Source of the DNA: Bifidobacterium breve
GTDB taxonomy: Bacteria; Actinomycetota; Actinomycetes; S36-B12
DNA: 37,768 nt
Reading direction: 5' to 3'
Assembly (NCBI GenBank): GCA_945885645.1
Contig: CAMCYV010000002.1
Location: forward strand, 1 to 37,768
The position numbers and the translations under genes were made by a program. The notes under the pieces were generated by a model. It did no database searches, was not told where the DNA came from, and saw only the letters and a program-made list of their open reading frames with translations. Of this stretch, positions 26,440 to 34,922 are shown piece by piece. How positions within the stretch are numbered: position 1 is the stretch's first letter; each line of letters begins with the position of its first letter.

Positions 26440-27147
26440 GTGACCGATCAACCGGGCAGTGAACCGGGTAATGAATACGAGGCGCTTTTTCGCCCCGAAC
26501 AACCTGCGCCAGAACCTGCCCCAATAGATGCCGCACCTCATCGCGTTGATATTGCCGTAACCGGACGCGTGTTTCGAAGTCAAGGAGTCCAGGGCAACGA
26601 GGAAGCACTGCTCGCTCTTCCCACCGGTCGGATAAACAAATTGCGAACCCTCGAGCGGGTGGATACCCCCATCCCCGATGAACGCGTCAGTCAAGTTGGC
26701 CAAGTCGGTCAACATGAGACTGGCATTCCTACGCGAGCCCCCAGGGAAAAACAAGTTCGTTCACATGGTCGCGGGGCAGTTTTTGGTTCATTAAGCGCAT
26801 TGTGGATTTACGGAATCACGATTGGCGCAACCCTCATTGTCGGACTGCTCGACGTACTCATTTTTGGCGGTGAACCGGGAGCACTCACGGGAATCGGGCT
26901 CCTTATTGTGTCCATCTTCGTCAGCCTGGCTGTCCGCTCACAAGATGACTCGCAAGCGATTTATGCCCCGGCAATTGCATTTTTCTTGATGGCGATCACC
27001 GTTGGTCAAATCACTGTAACGGACACTTCACTCATCAACAGGTTCGTGAGTGTGTTCTTCATCTTGGGGAACAACTGGTTCTGGGTGATTGGTTCCACCA
27101 TAGTCGCTCTGGGCATTGTGGCGTTTCGCCGCAGATCCTTACGGTAG
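26440..27147 (+). CDS. Membrane protein with disordered Pro/Glu-rich N-terminus and 4 TM helices (DUF6542-like)
   Basis: 235 aa. The TM block runs GSLSALWIYGITIGATLIVGLLDVLIF...GIGLLIVSIFVSLAV...YAPAIAFFLMAITVG...WFWVIGSTIVALGIVAF. The GTG lies 4 nt after the rmuC stop. The family assignment is from memory of the context next to ispH. Confidence 0.55.
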   Translation: MTDQPGSEPGNEYEALFRPEQPAPEPAPIDAAPHRVDIAVTGRVFRSQGVQGNEEALLALPTGRINKLRTLERVDTPIPDERVSQVGQVGQHETGIPTRAPREKQVRSHGRGAVFGSLSALWIYGITIGATLIVGLLDVLIFGGEPGALTGIGLLIVSIFVSLAVRSQDDSQAIYAPAIAFFLMAITVGQITVTDTSLINRFVSVFFILGNNWFWVIGSTIVALGIVAFRRRSLR

Positions 27148-27175
27148 AAGCAACGATTTATTTCATCGAACAAAA

Positions 27176-28138
27176 CTACTGAGCTGCGGCAGCCTTGATG
27201 TCTCGTCGTAATTCCGGTGGAAGTGCGAACATCAAAGTTTCTTCAGCGGTATTCACCTCTTCACAGTCACTGAATCCTTGGTCGGCCAGCCAGTGAAGTA
27301 CTTCATTCACCAGGAGTTCAGGCACCGACGCTCCACTTGTTACTCCAACGGTTGAAGCACCTTCAAGCCATTCACTTTTCAACTCACGGAAACTGTCAAC
27401 GCGGTAAGAAGTTTTTGCTCCCGCATCGAGTGCGACCTCAACAAGTCGAACTGAGTTTGATGAGTTTCCCGAACCCACGACAATAACGACATCACACTGA
27501 GGCGACATTGCTTTCACCGCTGTTTGACGATTTTGGGTTGCGTAGCAAATATCATCACTAGGGGGGCTCGCCATTTCGGGGAAGCGCTCCTTAAGAACAT
27601 TGACGGTTTGAATCGTTTCATCAACTGACAGGGTCGTTTGGGAAAGCCAAATGAGTTTTTCTGGGTTAGCAACTTCCAAATTACGAGCTTCTTCTGGGTT
27701 CTGCACCAAAGTTATTGAGTTAGGAGCTTCCCCCATCGTTCCTTCAACTTCTTCATGACCAGCGTGACCGATCAGAATGATGTCCAAGCCTTCATTGGAG
27801 AAACGTTTGGCTTCAGCATGCACTTTGGTCACAAGCGGGCAGGTGGCATCGATTGTCTTAAGGGAGCGTTCGGCGGCTTCGGCGTGCACGCTGGGAGCAA
27901 CTCCGTGGGCCGAAAAAATGACCGTCGAACCCTCCGGAACAACATCAAGTTCATCGACAAATATCACGCCTCTTTCTTGGAGGGACTCGACGACGTACTT
28001 GTTGTGAACAATCTCTTTGCGAACATAAAGTGGGGCGCCGTATAAATCCAGGGCCTTCTCTACGGTGAGGATCGCGCGATCAACGCCAGCGCAATATCCG
28101 CGAGGTGCCGCCAAGAGAACCTTTTTAGTCGAAGCCAT
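27176..28138 (-). CDS. ispH: 4-hydroxy-3-methylbut-2-enyl diphosphate reductase
   Basis: 320 aa. Contains [64 protein letters not shown] and [10 protein letters not shown]. Confidence 0.95.
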   Translation of the reverse strand: MASTKKVLLAAPRGYCAGVDRAILTVEKALDLYGAPLYVRKEIVHNKYVVESLQERGVIFVDELDVVPEGSTVIFSAHGVAPSVHAEAAERSLKTIDATCPLVTKVHAEAKRFSNEGLDIILIGHAGHEEVEGTMGEAPNSITLVQNPEEARNLEVANPEKLIWLSQTTLSVDETIQTVNVLKERFPEMASPPSDDICYATQNRQTAVKAMSPQCDVVIVVGSGNSSNSVRLVEVALDAGAKTSYRVDSFRELKSEWLEGASTVGVTSGASVPELLVNEVLHWLADQGFSDCEEVNTAEETLMFALPPELRRDIKAAAAQ

Positions 28139-28144
28139 GCATCT

Positions 28145-28150
28145 ATCGTA
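28145..28150 (-). promoter_or_regulatory. -10 hexamer TACGAT, 6 nt upstream of ispH ATG
   Basis: The minus strand reads atgccTACGATagatgcATG. Confidence 0.55.
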
Positions 28151-28172
28151 GGCATATCTCCCACTCCCCGCC

Positions 28173-28178
28173 TAGGCT
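28173..28178 (+). promoter_or_regulatory. -10 hexamer TAGGCT, 6 nt upstream of xseA GTG
   Basis: The sequence reads ccgccTAGGCTgcacggGTG. Confidence 0.55.
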
Positions 28179-28184
28179 GCACGG

Positions 28185-29330
28185 GTGGCGTTAGAGACTT
28201 CTGAGCAATCACCCGCACCCGTGCGCGTAATCTCCCAGTTGCTCCACGACTACATCAACCGGTTGAGCTCCATTTGGATTGAGGGGCAAGTGGCCGAGTA
28301 TCGGGTTCGGCCGGGCGCCAGCGTGCAGTTCCTCACACTCCGAGACACGGATGCACAGTTTTCACTCAAAGTAATGGTGAATTCGGCACTTATTGGCGCA
28401 ATGGATCCACCCCTGGTTGAGGGTCAAAAAATAATTATTTACGGTCGGTGTGATTTTTGGACCAAACAGGGATCGCTACAAATAGTTGCCCGTGAGATTC
28501 GAGCTGTTGGCCTTGGCGAATTGCTGGCTCAATTAGCCGCACTGAAAGAGAAGTTGGCGGCCGAGGGACTCTTTTCACCAGAGCGCAAGAAACTGCTCCC
28601 ATTTCTTCCTAAGCGAATAGGGCTCATCACGGGTCGACAAAGCGATGCTATGCACGACGTTCTCACAATCACGAAGGACCGGTGGCCCGCCGCAGACTTT
28701 GAGATTCGAGAAGTTGCCGTACAAGGAGTCAACGCTGTCAGCGAAGTTATAGCGGCACTCAAAGAACTGGACCTTCTTGGACTTGATGTGATTGTGATTG
28801 CTCGGGGAGGTGGCAGCATGGAGGACTTACTGCCTTTTAGCAATGAAGCACTGGTTCGAGCCGTCAGCTTGGCGAACACACCGATCGTTAGTGCAATTGG
28901 ACATGAGCAAGACACCCCCCTTTTAGATTTTGTTGCAGACCTGCGTGCATCCACACCAACGGATGCTGCAAAACGAATAGTCCCTTCCGTTATCGAAGAG
29001 CGCAAAAATCTTGCTGAACTTCGTGCACGAAACAGGCGCTCAATTTCAAACGCTTTGGACATGAGCCGCATAAAGTTGAATGAGGTCCGAAGCCGAATGA
29101 CTCAGCAATTAATGCATTTGGTTGATGCCGAATTGACCACGATCAAACACTTTCATGCACAAATTCGTGCACTTTCCCCTGCAGCAACCCTTGAACGTGG
29201 CTACGCGATAGTTTCCGACAAGTCTGGAAAAATCATTCGTGACGAATCACAAATCGCAGAAGGTGACGAAGTACTAATCAGAGTAAATATCGGTGAATTT
29301 AATGCAAACCGCACGAAACCCAAAAAGTGA
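28185..29330 (+). CDS. xseA: Exodeoxyribonuclease VII large subunit
   Basis: 381 aa. The OB-fold N-terminus is PVRVISQLLHDYINRLSSIWIEGQVAEY...FLTLRDTDAQFSL. Also present are GLITGRQSDAMHDV, VIVIARGGGSMEDLLPFSNE and SAIGHEQDTPLLDFVADLRASTPT. GTG start. Confidence 0.9.
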   Translation: MALETSEQSPAPVRVISQLLHDYINRLSSIWIEGQVAEYRVRPGASVQFLTLRDTDAQFSLKVMVNSALIGAMDPPLVEGQKIIIYGRCDFWTKQGSLQIVAREIRAVGLGELLAQLAALKEKLAAEGLFSPERKKLLPFLPKRIGLITGRQSDAMHDVLTITKDRWPAADFEIREVAVQGVNAVSEVIAALKELDLLGLDVIVIARGGGSMEDLLPFSNEALVRAVSLANTPIVSAIGHEQDTPLLDFVADLRASTPTDAAKRIVPSVIEERKNLAELRARNRRSISNALDMSRIKLNEVRSRMTQQLMHLVDAELTTIKHFHAQIRALSPAATLERGYAIVSDKSGKIIRDESQIAEGDEVLIRVNIGEFNANRTKPKK

Positions 29331-29353
29331 AGCCCAACAATTAAGGAAACCTG

Positions 29354-29545
29354 ATGGCTAAAGCTGAAGAACCTGGATATGAACAGGCGCGAGAGGAACT
29401 GGCAAGCATCGCCGCACAACTAGAGCGCGGTGGGCAAAGTCTTGAAGAGTCCCTTGCGCTGTGGGAAAAAGGTGAAGTGTTGGCTCAAGTGTGTGAAAAA
29501 TGGTTAAACGCCGCCAGCGATCGGATTACCCCAGATCAGGGCTAG
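29354..29545 (+). CDS. xseB: Exodeoxyribonuclease VII small subunit
   Basis: 63 aa. YEQAREELASIAAQLERGGQSLEESLALWEKGEVLAQVCEKWL is the canonical XseB helical hairpin. An AAGGAA Shine-Dalgarno lies upstream. Confidence 0.9.
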   Translation: MAKAEEPGYEQAREELASIAAQLERGGQSLEESLALWEKGEVLAQVCEKWLNAASDRITPDQG

Positions 29546-30080
29546 TTGTCAGTGAATTAACGGCAGCCTCAAGTTCGGGCAGTGTGACCGTGCCACTTAC
29601 CACCGTTGTTACCTCGGGTGTCACTTTGACTAAAGCCCGCGAATCCGGTCCTTCAAAGACCAGCCAATTCTCATTCGAGATTGATTTCTCGCCCTCCCCG
29701 AAAATACCGGTGAGTTTGTTTTTCAAAAACTCTTCGTTAGTTGCCGAGGTTTGGGTGATTTCTAGGTATTCGTCCCCCCCAGTCACGTACCCCACATGCC
29801 ACACGGGTTCATCCCGTGAATACTGCGTTGGCTGCCAACGAACACTGGTCGCTCGCAACCCTTCGATTTCCGGGATGACCACGGGGAAGTCGGCCTGCCC
29901 GCTGGCAAGTGAAAATTGTGGCAGGGGGTCAACTTCTCGGATCGGATCCGGCGAGGGGCGCCAGGTCAACAACATGATGAGGCCGATCACTCCAAGCACC
30001 ACGGCGAGCGAACGAACCATGTCCCCCACGGTTTGACGCATGCGGGCATTGCGCTTCCCCGTTGGAACCGGCGTACTCAC
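29526..30080 (-). CDS. DUF4245-family membrane-anchored protein
   Basis: The basic N-terminus plus [29 protein letters not shown] fits DUF4245, and the gene neighbours glpX as in other actinobacteria. I chose GTG 30080 because CATTAT lies 6 nt upstream. The track start is 30098, and ATG 30041 is also possible. Confidence 0.65.
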   Translation of the reverse strand: MSTPVPTGKRNARMRQTVGDMVRSLAVVLGVIGLIMLLTWRPSPDPIREVDPLPQFSLASGQADFPVVIPEIEGLRATSVRWQPTQYSRDEPVWHVGYVTGGDEYLEITQTSATNEEFLKNKLTGIFGEGEKSISNENWLVFEGPDSRALVKVTPEVTTVVSGTVTLPELEAAVNSLTTSPDLG

Positions 30081-30086
30081 CCCCCA

Positions 30087-30092
30087 ATAATG
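30087..30092 (-). promoter_or_regulatory. -10-like hexamer CATTAT, 6 nt upstream of GTG 30080 (DUF4245 gene)
   Basis: The minus strand reads gatcCATTATtgggggGTG. Confidence 0.4.
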
Positions 30093-30127
30093 GATCATTA
30101 GTCATGTTTCGGCCCACTCAACACCGC

Positions 30128-30133
30128 TACGCT
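30128..30133 (+). promoter_or_regulatory. -10 hexamer TACGCT, 6 nt upstream of glpX ATG 30140
   Basis: The sequence reads accgcTACGCTgaccccATG. Confidence 0.5.
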
Positions 30134-30139
30134 GACCCC

Positions 30140-31156
30140 ATGAGGGGAGAACACACACAGCCGGCAGAAGTCCCAGAGCGAAATCTGGCTCTTGAATTAG
30201 TGCGCGCCACCGAAGCTGCGGCGATGGCCGCTGCCCGCTGGGTAGGTCGAGGTGACAAAAACGGAGCTGACGGTGCCGCGGTAAACGCCATGCGCACCAT
30301 AGTTAGCGGAGTCTGCATGAACGGAATCGTGGTCATCGGTGAAGGGGAAAAAGATGAAGCCCCCATGCTGTTCAACGGTGAACGAATTGGTGACGGCAGC
30401 GGCCCAGATGCTGACGTCGCGGTAGACCCTATTGATGGCACCACCCTGGCAGCAAAGGGTATGCCGAATGCCATTTCTGTTATTGCCGTCGCCGAACGTG
30501 GAACCATGTTTGATCCGAGTGCCGTCTTTTACATGAAAAAACTTGTTGTTGGACCTGAGGCTGCTGGGTCAATTGACATTGAGGCACCAACTGCATGGAA
30601 CCTGCAACAAATTGCCAAAGCAAAAGGGGAAACAGTTTCCCAGTTGACCGTGTGTGTGCTGGACCGTCCGCGCCACGACGACTTGGTGCGCGAGATTAGA
30701 GAAGCGGGAGCTCGCATCAAATTCATTGTTGACGGGGATGTTGCTGGAGCCGTGATGGCCGCCCGACCCAATACGGGGATCGACGTCTTGATGGGAATCG
30801 GTGGAACACCTGAAGGAATTATTGCCGCGTGCGCTATGACCGCACTCGGTGGTGAAATTCAATCACTACTGTGGCCAACCTCTGATCAAGAGCGAGATAA
30901 AGCCATTAATGCTGGCCATGATCTCAATCGAGTGCTAGGAACTCGCGATCTTGTCACCGGTGATAACAACTTTTTCTGCGCCACCGGAATTACCGACGGT
31001 GAATTACTTCAAGGCGTGCGCTACAGCCCACAAGGTCCAACAACCAATTCAATTGTGATGCGGAGCAAGAGTAAGACAATCCGTGAGATCAAGAGCGAAC
31101 ACCACTATGCACCTGATTCGCAGTATTCAACGGTCGTTCTACCAGAGGGATTCTGA
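30140..31156 (+). CDS. glpX: Fructose-1,6-bisphosphatase class II
   Basis: [62 protein letters not shown] and [12 protein letters not shown] closely match GlpX. I prefer ATG 30140 because TACGCT lies 6 nt upstream. ATG 30104 is the alternative. Confidence 0.9.
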   Translation: MRGEHTQPAEVPERNLALELVRATEAAAMAAARWVGRGDKNGADGAAVNAMRTIVSGVCMNGIVVIGEGEKDEAPMLFNGERIGDGSGPDADVAVDPIDGTTLAAKGMPNAISVIAVAERGTMFDPSAVFYMKKLVVGPEAAGSIDIEAPTAWNLQQIAKAKGETVSQLTVCVLDRPRHDDLVREIREAGARIKFIVDGDVAGAVMAARPNTGIDVLMGIGGTPEGIIAACAMTALGGEIQSLLWPTSDQERDKAINAGHDLNRVLGTRDLVTGDNNFFCATGITDGELLQGVRYSPQGPTTNSIVMRSKSKTIREIKSEHHYAPDSQYSTVVLPEGF

Positions 31157-31197
31157 GCGAACCCGCCGCTTTCATGTGACGGGAATTCTTGGTGGCC

Positions 31198-31203
31198 TAG
31201 GGT
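31198..31203 (+). promoter_or_regulatory. -10 hexamer TAGGGT, 6 nt upstream of class I fumarase GTG
   Basis: The sequence reads tggccTAGGGTgttcccGTG. Confidence 0.55.
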
Positions 31204-31209
31204 GTTCCC

Positions 31210-32868
31210 GTGAGCGAATTCCTCTACACCGACCAACTGCCCCTAGGCCCGGACACCACCCAATACCGACTGCTGACGACCGAGGGTGTCAGTGTTGAGC
31301 GACTGGGTGACCACGAGTTTCTGCGGGTTGACTCAAGTGCGTTAACTGCTTTGACTTTCGCCGCTATGCGCGACATCTCACACCTGCTTCGCACCGACCA
31401 CCTTGCGCAACTCAAAAAGATTCTCGATGACCCCGAAGCCAGCCCCAACGACCGTTTTGTCGCACTCGACCTACTGAAAAACGCAAATATTTCAGCCGGT
31501 GGAATTTTGCCCATGTGCCAAGACACGGGGACGGCAATAATTATGGGTAAGCGCGGCCAATTCGTACTCACTCCCGGCCAGGACAGCGAAGATATTTCCC
31601 GTGGCGTATTCGACGCGTACGCCCAACTCAACTTGCGCTATTCCCAGCTCTCACCCCTGAGCATGTGGGAAGAGCGCAATACGGGGACGAATCTGCCCGC
31701 TCAAATCGACATTTTTTTCGATCCACACAAGAATCAGTCTTATGAATTCCTGTTCATGGCTAAAGGTGGTGGCAGTGCAAACAAGAGCTTCCTCTACCAG
31801 GAAACCGCAGCCCTGCTTAATCCCACTAAGTTTGCGTCTTTTCTTGATGAAAAGCTTCGCTCAATTGGAACAGCTGCATGCCCGCCCTATCACCTTGCAA
31901 TCGTTGTGGGCGGAACAAGCGCAGAGTTCGCACTGAAAACAGCGAAACTCGCTTCAGCGCATTATCTGGACGGCCTTCCCGTTCACGGTTCACCCGATGG
32001 TCACGGGTACCGCGATTTGGAGATGGAACATGAGGTATTCCTACAAACACAAGGATTTGGAATAGGCGCCCAATTTGGAGGCAAGTATTTCTGCCATGAC
32101 GTGCGCGTTATTCGATTGCCACGCCATGGAGCTTCGTGCCCGGTTGCAATTGCCGTTTCCTGCTCGGCGGATCGTCAGGCTAAAGCAAAAATTACTCCTG
32201 AAGGAGTGTTCCTCGAGCAACTTGAAACTGAACCTGCGCATTTCTTGCCAGAAATCGAGGACACGCACCTTGATGACACCACGGTGCACATCAATCTCAA
32301 TGCGCCAATGAGCGAGGTGTTGAATCAGTTGAGCAAACTCCCAATTCGCACCCGCGTTTCACTCACCGGTTCGCTCGTTGTTGCTCGAGATCTCGCTCAC
32401 GCGCGGATCAAAGCGATGCTCGATCGCGGGGAAACGATGCCGGACTACCTCAAGGATTACGCGGTTTACTATGCAGGTCCCGCGAAAACCCCGGTAGGGA
32501 TGGCCTCGGGTTCATTCGGTCCGACGACCGCAGGTCGAATGGATTCCTATGTTGATCAATTCCAGAAGGCCGGCGGTTCCATGGTCATGCTGGCCAAAGG
32601 AAATCGCAGTAATGCGGTCACGCGCGCCTGCCAAGAAAACGGTGGGTTCTATTTGGGTTCAATCGGTGGGCCGGCAGCAAGGCTGGCTCAAGACAATATT
32701 AAGAAAGTTGAAGTGCTGGACTTTCCCGAATTAGGCATGGAAGCGGTCTGGAAAATTGATGTCGTTGACTTCCCTGCATTCGTTGTGGTTGACGACAAAG
32801 GAAATGATTTCTTTGCCGAGACGTTAAGGCCGATTGCGATGAATATTCCGGTCGGTCCGCCTAAATAG
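31210..32868 (+). CDS. fumA: Fumarate hydratase, class I (Fe-S dependent, single-polypeptide FumA type)
   Basis: 552 aa. Contains [30 protein letters not shown] and [16 protein letters not shown], plus a C-terminal beta-subunit-like domain with [14 protein letters not shown] and YYAGPA. GTG start. Confidence 0.9.
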   Translation: MSEFLYTDQLPLGPDTTQYRLLTTEGVSVERLGDHEFLRVDSSALTALTFAAMRDISHLLRTDHLAQLKKILDDPEASPNDRFVALDLLKNANISAGGILPMCQDTGTAIIMGKRGQFVLTPGQDSEDISRGVFDAYAQLNLRYSQLSPLSMWEERNTGTNLPAQIDIFFDPHKNQSYEFLFMAKGGGSANKSFLYQETAALLNPTKFASFLDEKLRSIGTAACPPYHLAIVVGGTSAEFALKTAKLASAHYLDGLPVHGSPDGHGYRDLEMEHEVFLQTQGFGIGAQFGGKYFCHDVRVIRLPRHGASCPVAIAVSCSADRQAKAKITPEGVFLEQLETEPAHFLPEIEDTHLDDTTVHINLNAPMSEVLNQLSKLPIRTRVSLTGSLVVARDLAHARIKAMLDRGETMPDYLKDYAVYYAGPAKTPVGMASGSFGPTTAGRMDSYVDQFQKAGGSMVMLAKGNRSNAVTRACQENGGFYLGSIGGPAARLAQDNIKKVEVLDFPELGMEAVWKIDVVDFPAFVVVDDKGNDFFAETLRPIAMNIPVGPPK

Positions 32869-32879
32869 TCGATGAGCGA

Positions 32880-33485
32880 CTAAAAGCAACGTCCCTTACC
32901 AGATCGCCAGTGACTCCTACCTTCACCTTTTTTCCAGACCGTCCAAAAAGCTCGATCCTGCCAGTACCGATTCCACTTGTTCATCGGTTTTTTCCGCAGT
33001 TTTTGAATGAGGTCGAGGCCCGCATCGCCCATTTCTTTCCTCACTTCAGGCTGCATCATCCAGGTCACCCCACGAGTAAGCGGCCTCGAGAACTGATAGG
33101 CGCCCCGGTAAGTGCCACCCCGGCCGGCTTTGTAGTGATGGTGGGACTCTATTTTCGAAAGACATTTGCGCAATTTTTCGCGTTTGGGCATGTACCACTT
33201 ACCCTGATAAAGACTCACTTCATAGCCAATCAGGTCACGCGATTTCTTAGAGCCAAACGCATGAGCTGTTTCCATCGCGATGCGAGCCTTTGCCCTCGCC
33301 GCCGCGTCCGCACCTGGGTCATTGCCTTCATCTCCGACCGGTATCGCCGGATCTCCCTCGGCAACAACAGGCCCAGGAACAACGGGCCCTGGGTCATTTG
33401 CGAAGGCGGAACCCGCAGGGAGCACGAGGGCCAGGGCGAGTGCCCCAAGTGCCACATTCCTGCCCAGCTTCGCGAATCTGCTCAC
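32880..33485 (-). CDS. Secreted protein with C-terminal lysozyme-like (Rpf/SLT-type transglycosylase-like) domain
   Basis: From GTG 33485 (GGAAGG lies 5 nt upstream) the signal peptide is VSRFAKLGRNVALGALALALVLPAGSAFA. A Pro/Gly/Asp linker follows. Then C-x4-ES-x14-GAYQF-x8-TW (CLSKIESHHHYKAGRGGTYRGAYQFSRPLTRGVTW) resembles the catalytic Glu-Ser and G(L/A)YQF motifs of Rpf/SLT-like muralytic domains. The functional call is tentative. Confidence 0.5.
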   Translation of the reverse strand: MSRFAKLGRNVALGALALALVLPAGSAFANDPGPVVPGPVVAEGDPAIPVGDEGNDPGADAAARAKARIAMETAHAFGSKKSRDLIGYEVSLYQGKWYMPKREKLRKCLSKIESHHHYKAGRGGTYRGAYQFSRPLTRGVTWMMQPEVRKEMGDAGLDLIQKLRKKPMNKWNRYWQDRAFWTVWKKGEGRSHWRSGKGRCF

Positions 33486-33595
33486 AACAACCTTCCACGG
33501 GGTAATCAAACGATTACTACCGTGCCTCAAAAACTGGCGTTTGTCACCCTGGAAAGCCGTGTTTCGGCACACTTTCTCGGTCAAAAAGACTCAAA

Positions 33596-33611
33596 TGTGA
33601 CCTATATCACA
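33596..33611. promoter_or_regulatory. Perfect CRP/GlxR-family consensus site TGTGA-N6-TCACA
   Basis: The sequence reads TGTGAcctataTCACA. It abuts the phoH2 stop codon (33612..33614). Its centre lies about 118 nt upstream of the GTG of the secreted Rpf/SLT-like gene. On the minus strand it is followed by a T-rich run, so a weak terminator is the alternative reading. Confidence 0.45.
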
Positions 33612-34922
33612 CTAAGAACTTGGGTAGTCCTCGAGCAGTTCGGTGACAAGGGCGGCGATCTCCGAGCGTTCACTTCTGGTGAGGGTGACATGGGCGAATA
33701 GCGGATGGCCCTTCAGTTTCTCAACAACGGCAACTACACCGTCAAATCGGCCAACTCGTAAATTGTCTCGCTGGGCAATGTCATGGGTCAGGACAACCCT
33801 CGAGTCTTTGCCAATACGCGAAAGTACCGTGAGCAGCACATTGCGCTCCAATGATTGGGCTTCCTCCACGATCACAAATGCGTCATGCAAACTGCGTCCG
33901 CGGATATGCGTCAAGGGCAAAACCTCCAGCATTCCCCGATCTACGATCTCGTCAATGACGTTCGAGGAGGTAATTGCCCCTAACGTGTCGAAAACAGCCT
34001 GACCCCACGGATTCATTTTTTCCGACTCTGACCCGGGGAGGTAGCCAAGTTCCTGGCCGCCCACCGCGTAAAGAGGGCGAAACACAATCACTTTTTTGTG
34101 GGATTGACGCTCCATCACCGACTCCAAGCCGGCGCATAATGCGAGGGCGCTCTTACCTGTACCCGCGCGACCACCCAGAGAGACAATTCCTACACCAGGA
34201 TCAAGCAAAATGTCGAGGGCTACCCGTTGCTCGGCACTGCGCCCTCGAATACCAAATGCTTCACGATCCCCGCGCACCAGTTTGAGTGTTTTGTCGGCGC
34301 TCACTCTAGCTAATGCACTGCCCCGATCAGAAAGCAGCACCAAACCGCAATGGCATGGGTAGTCAAAGGCAATATCGTGTTCAAGCACTCCCTGCTCAAA
34401 AAGTTCATCTAACTCATAGTTTTCGACTTCAACTTCTGCCATTCCTGTGTAACCGGATTCGAAAACCAATTCGGCTTTGTATTCTTCCGCTGCGATTCCG
34501 ACGGCGCTCGCCTTAACCCGCATGGGTAAGTCCTTGCTCACCAGAACAACTTCGAGGCCTTCCAAACTCAAGTTTTTCGCTAGCGCCAAAATGCGAGTGT
34601 CATTGTCCCCAAGGCGAAGACCACTTGGGAGTACCTCAACGTTAGTGTGGTTCAACTCAATGCGAACGCTTCCCCCGTGGGTACCGATCGGCACCGGGCC
34701 GTCAAGGCGCCCGTGCTCGATGCGAAAGTCGTCCAGGAGACGCAATGCATTACGGGCAAAATAACCCAACTCCGGATGGCTGCGTTTTGCTTCCAATTCA
34801 GTGACAACAACAATGGGAATGACAACATCATGTTCATCAAATCTCAGGATTGCCTTCGGGTCCGAGAGCAAAACTGAAGTGTCGATTACATATGTTTTGC
34901 GGGCTGGCACCGAGTTGGGCAC
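33612..34922 (-). CDS. phoH2: PhoH2 (N-terminal PIN RNase domain fused to PhoH-like ATPase/helicase)
   Basis: 436 aa. The PIN part is [12 protein letters not shown]...[12 protein letters not shown]. The PhoH Walker A is [13 protein letters not shown], with [10 protein letters not shown] (Walker B) and [12 protein letters not shown] start with an AGGAG Shine-Dalgarno 8 nt upstream. Confidence 0.9.
   Translation of the reverse strand: MPNSVPARKTYVIDTSVLLSDPKAILRFDEHDVVIPIVVVTELEAKRSHPELGYFARNALRLLDDFRIEHGRLDGPVPIGTHGGSVRIELNHTNVEVLPSGLRLGDNDTRILALAKNLSLEGLEVVLVSKDLPMRVKASAVGIAAEEYKAELVFESGYTGMAEVEVENYELDELFEQGVLEHDIAFDYPCHCGLVLLSDRGSALARVSADKTLKLVRGDREAFGIRGRSAEQRVALDILLDPGVGIVSLGGRAGTGKSALALCAGLESVMERQSHKKVIVFRPLYAVGGQELGYLPGSESEKMNPWGQAVFDTLGAITSSNVIDEIVDRGMLEVLPLTHIRGRSLHDAFVIVEEAQSLERNVLLTVLSRIGKDSRVVLTHDIAQRDNLRVGRFDGVVAVVEKLKGHPLFAHVTLTRSERSEIAALVTELLEDYPSS

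Noticed and set aside
28529-29071. Other long antisense ORFs from the track, for example 28529..29071(-), 29500..30036(+), 21448..21951(+), 6273..6752(+), 19106..19552(-) and 25343..25735(-)
   Set aside because: All lie entirely inside strongly supported housekeeping genes on the opposite strand. Their translations are low-complexity (Ser/Arg/Pro/Ala-rich) and without family motifs. I treat them as shadow ORFs.
31210-32868. Class I fumarase next to glpX as a non-orthologous displacement of the class II fumC found there in mycobacteria
   Set aside because: From memory, streptomycetes carry both class I and class II fumarases near glpX. Differential loss from an ancestral state is therefore the simpler explanation, and it is not unusual enough to flag.
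32866-32882. 6-bp hairpin TAGTCG-atgag-CGACTA bridging the convergent fumA and secreted-protein stop codons
   Set aside because: Three of the six pairs are automatic, because two convergent TAG stops are always complementary. The remaining 3 bp are not significant, and there is no T-tract.
33486-33611. Possible ydaO-type (c-di-AMP) riboswitch, which often precedes Rpf or cell-wall hydrolase genes in Actinobacteria
   Set aside because: The gap is only 126 nt, and part of it is the phoH2 3' end. I could not recognise the conserved pseudo-symmetric ydaO core sequences by eye. A covariance-model scan (Infernal/Rfam RF00379) would settle it.
32910-33701. 263-aa + strand ORF (the longest unassigned ORF), antisense to the secreted-protein gene and the 3' end of phoH2
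   Set aside because: It fully overlaps two better-supported minus-strand genes (signal peptide plus catalytic motif, and PhoH2). Its translation is Arg/Pro/Phe-rich with no recognisable motifs. It has no Shine-Dalgarno or -10 box at its start. This is typical shadow-ORF behaviour in GC-biased coding DNA.
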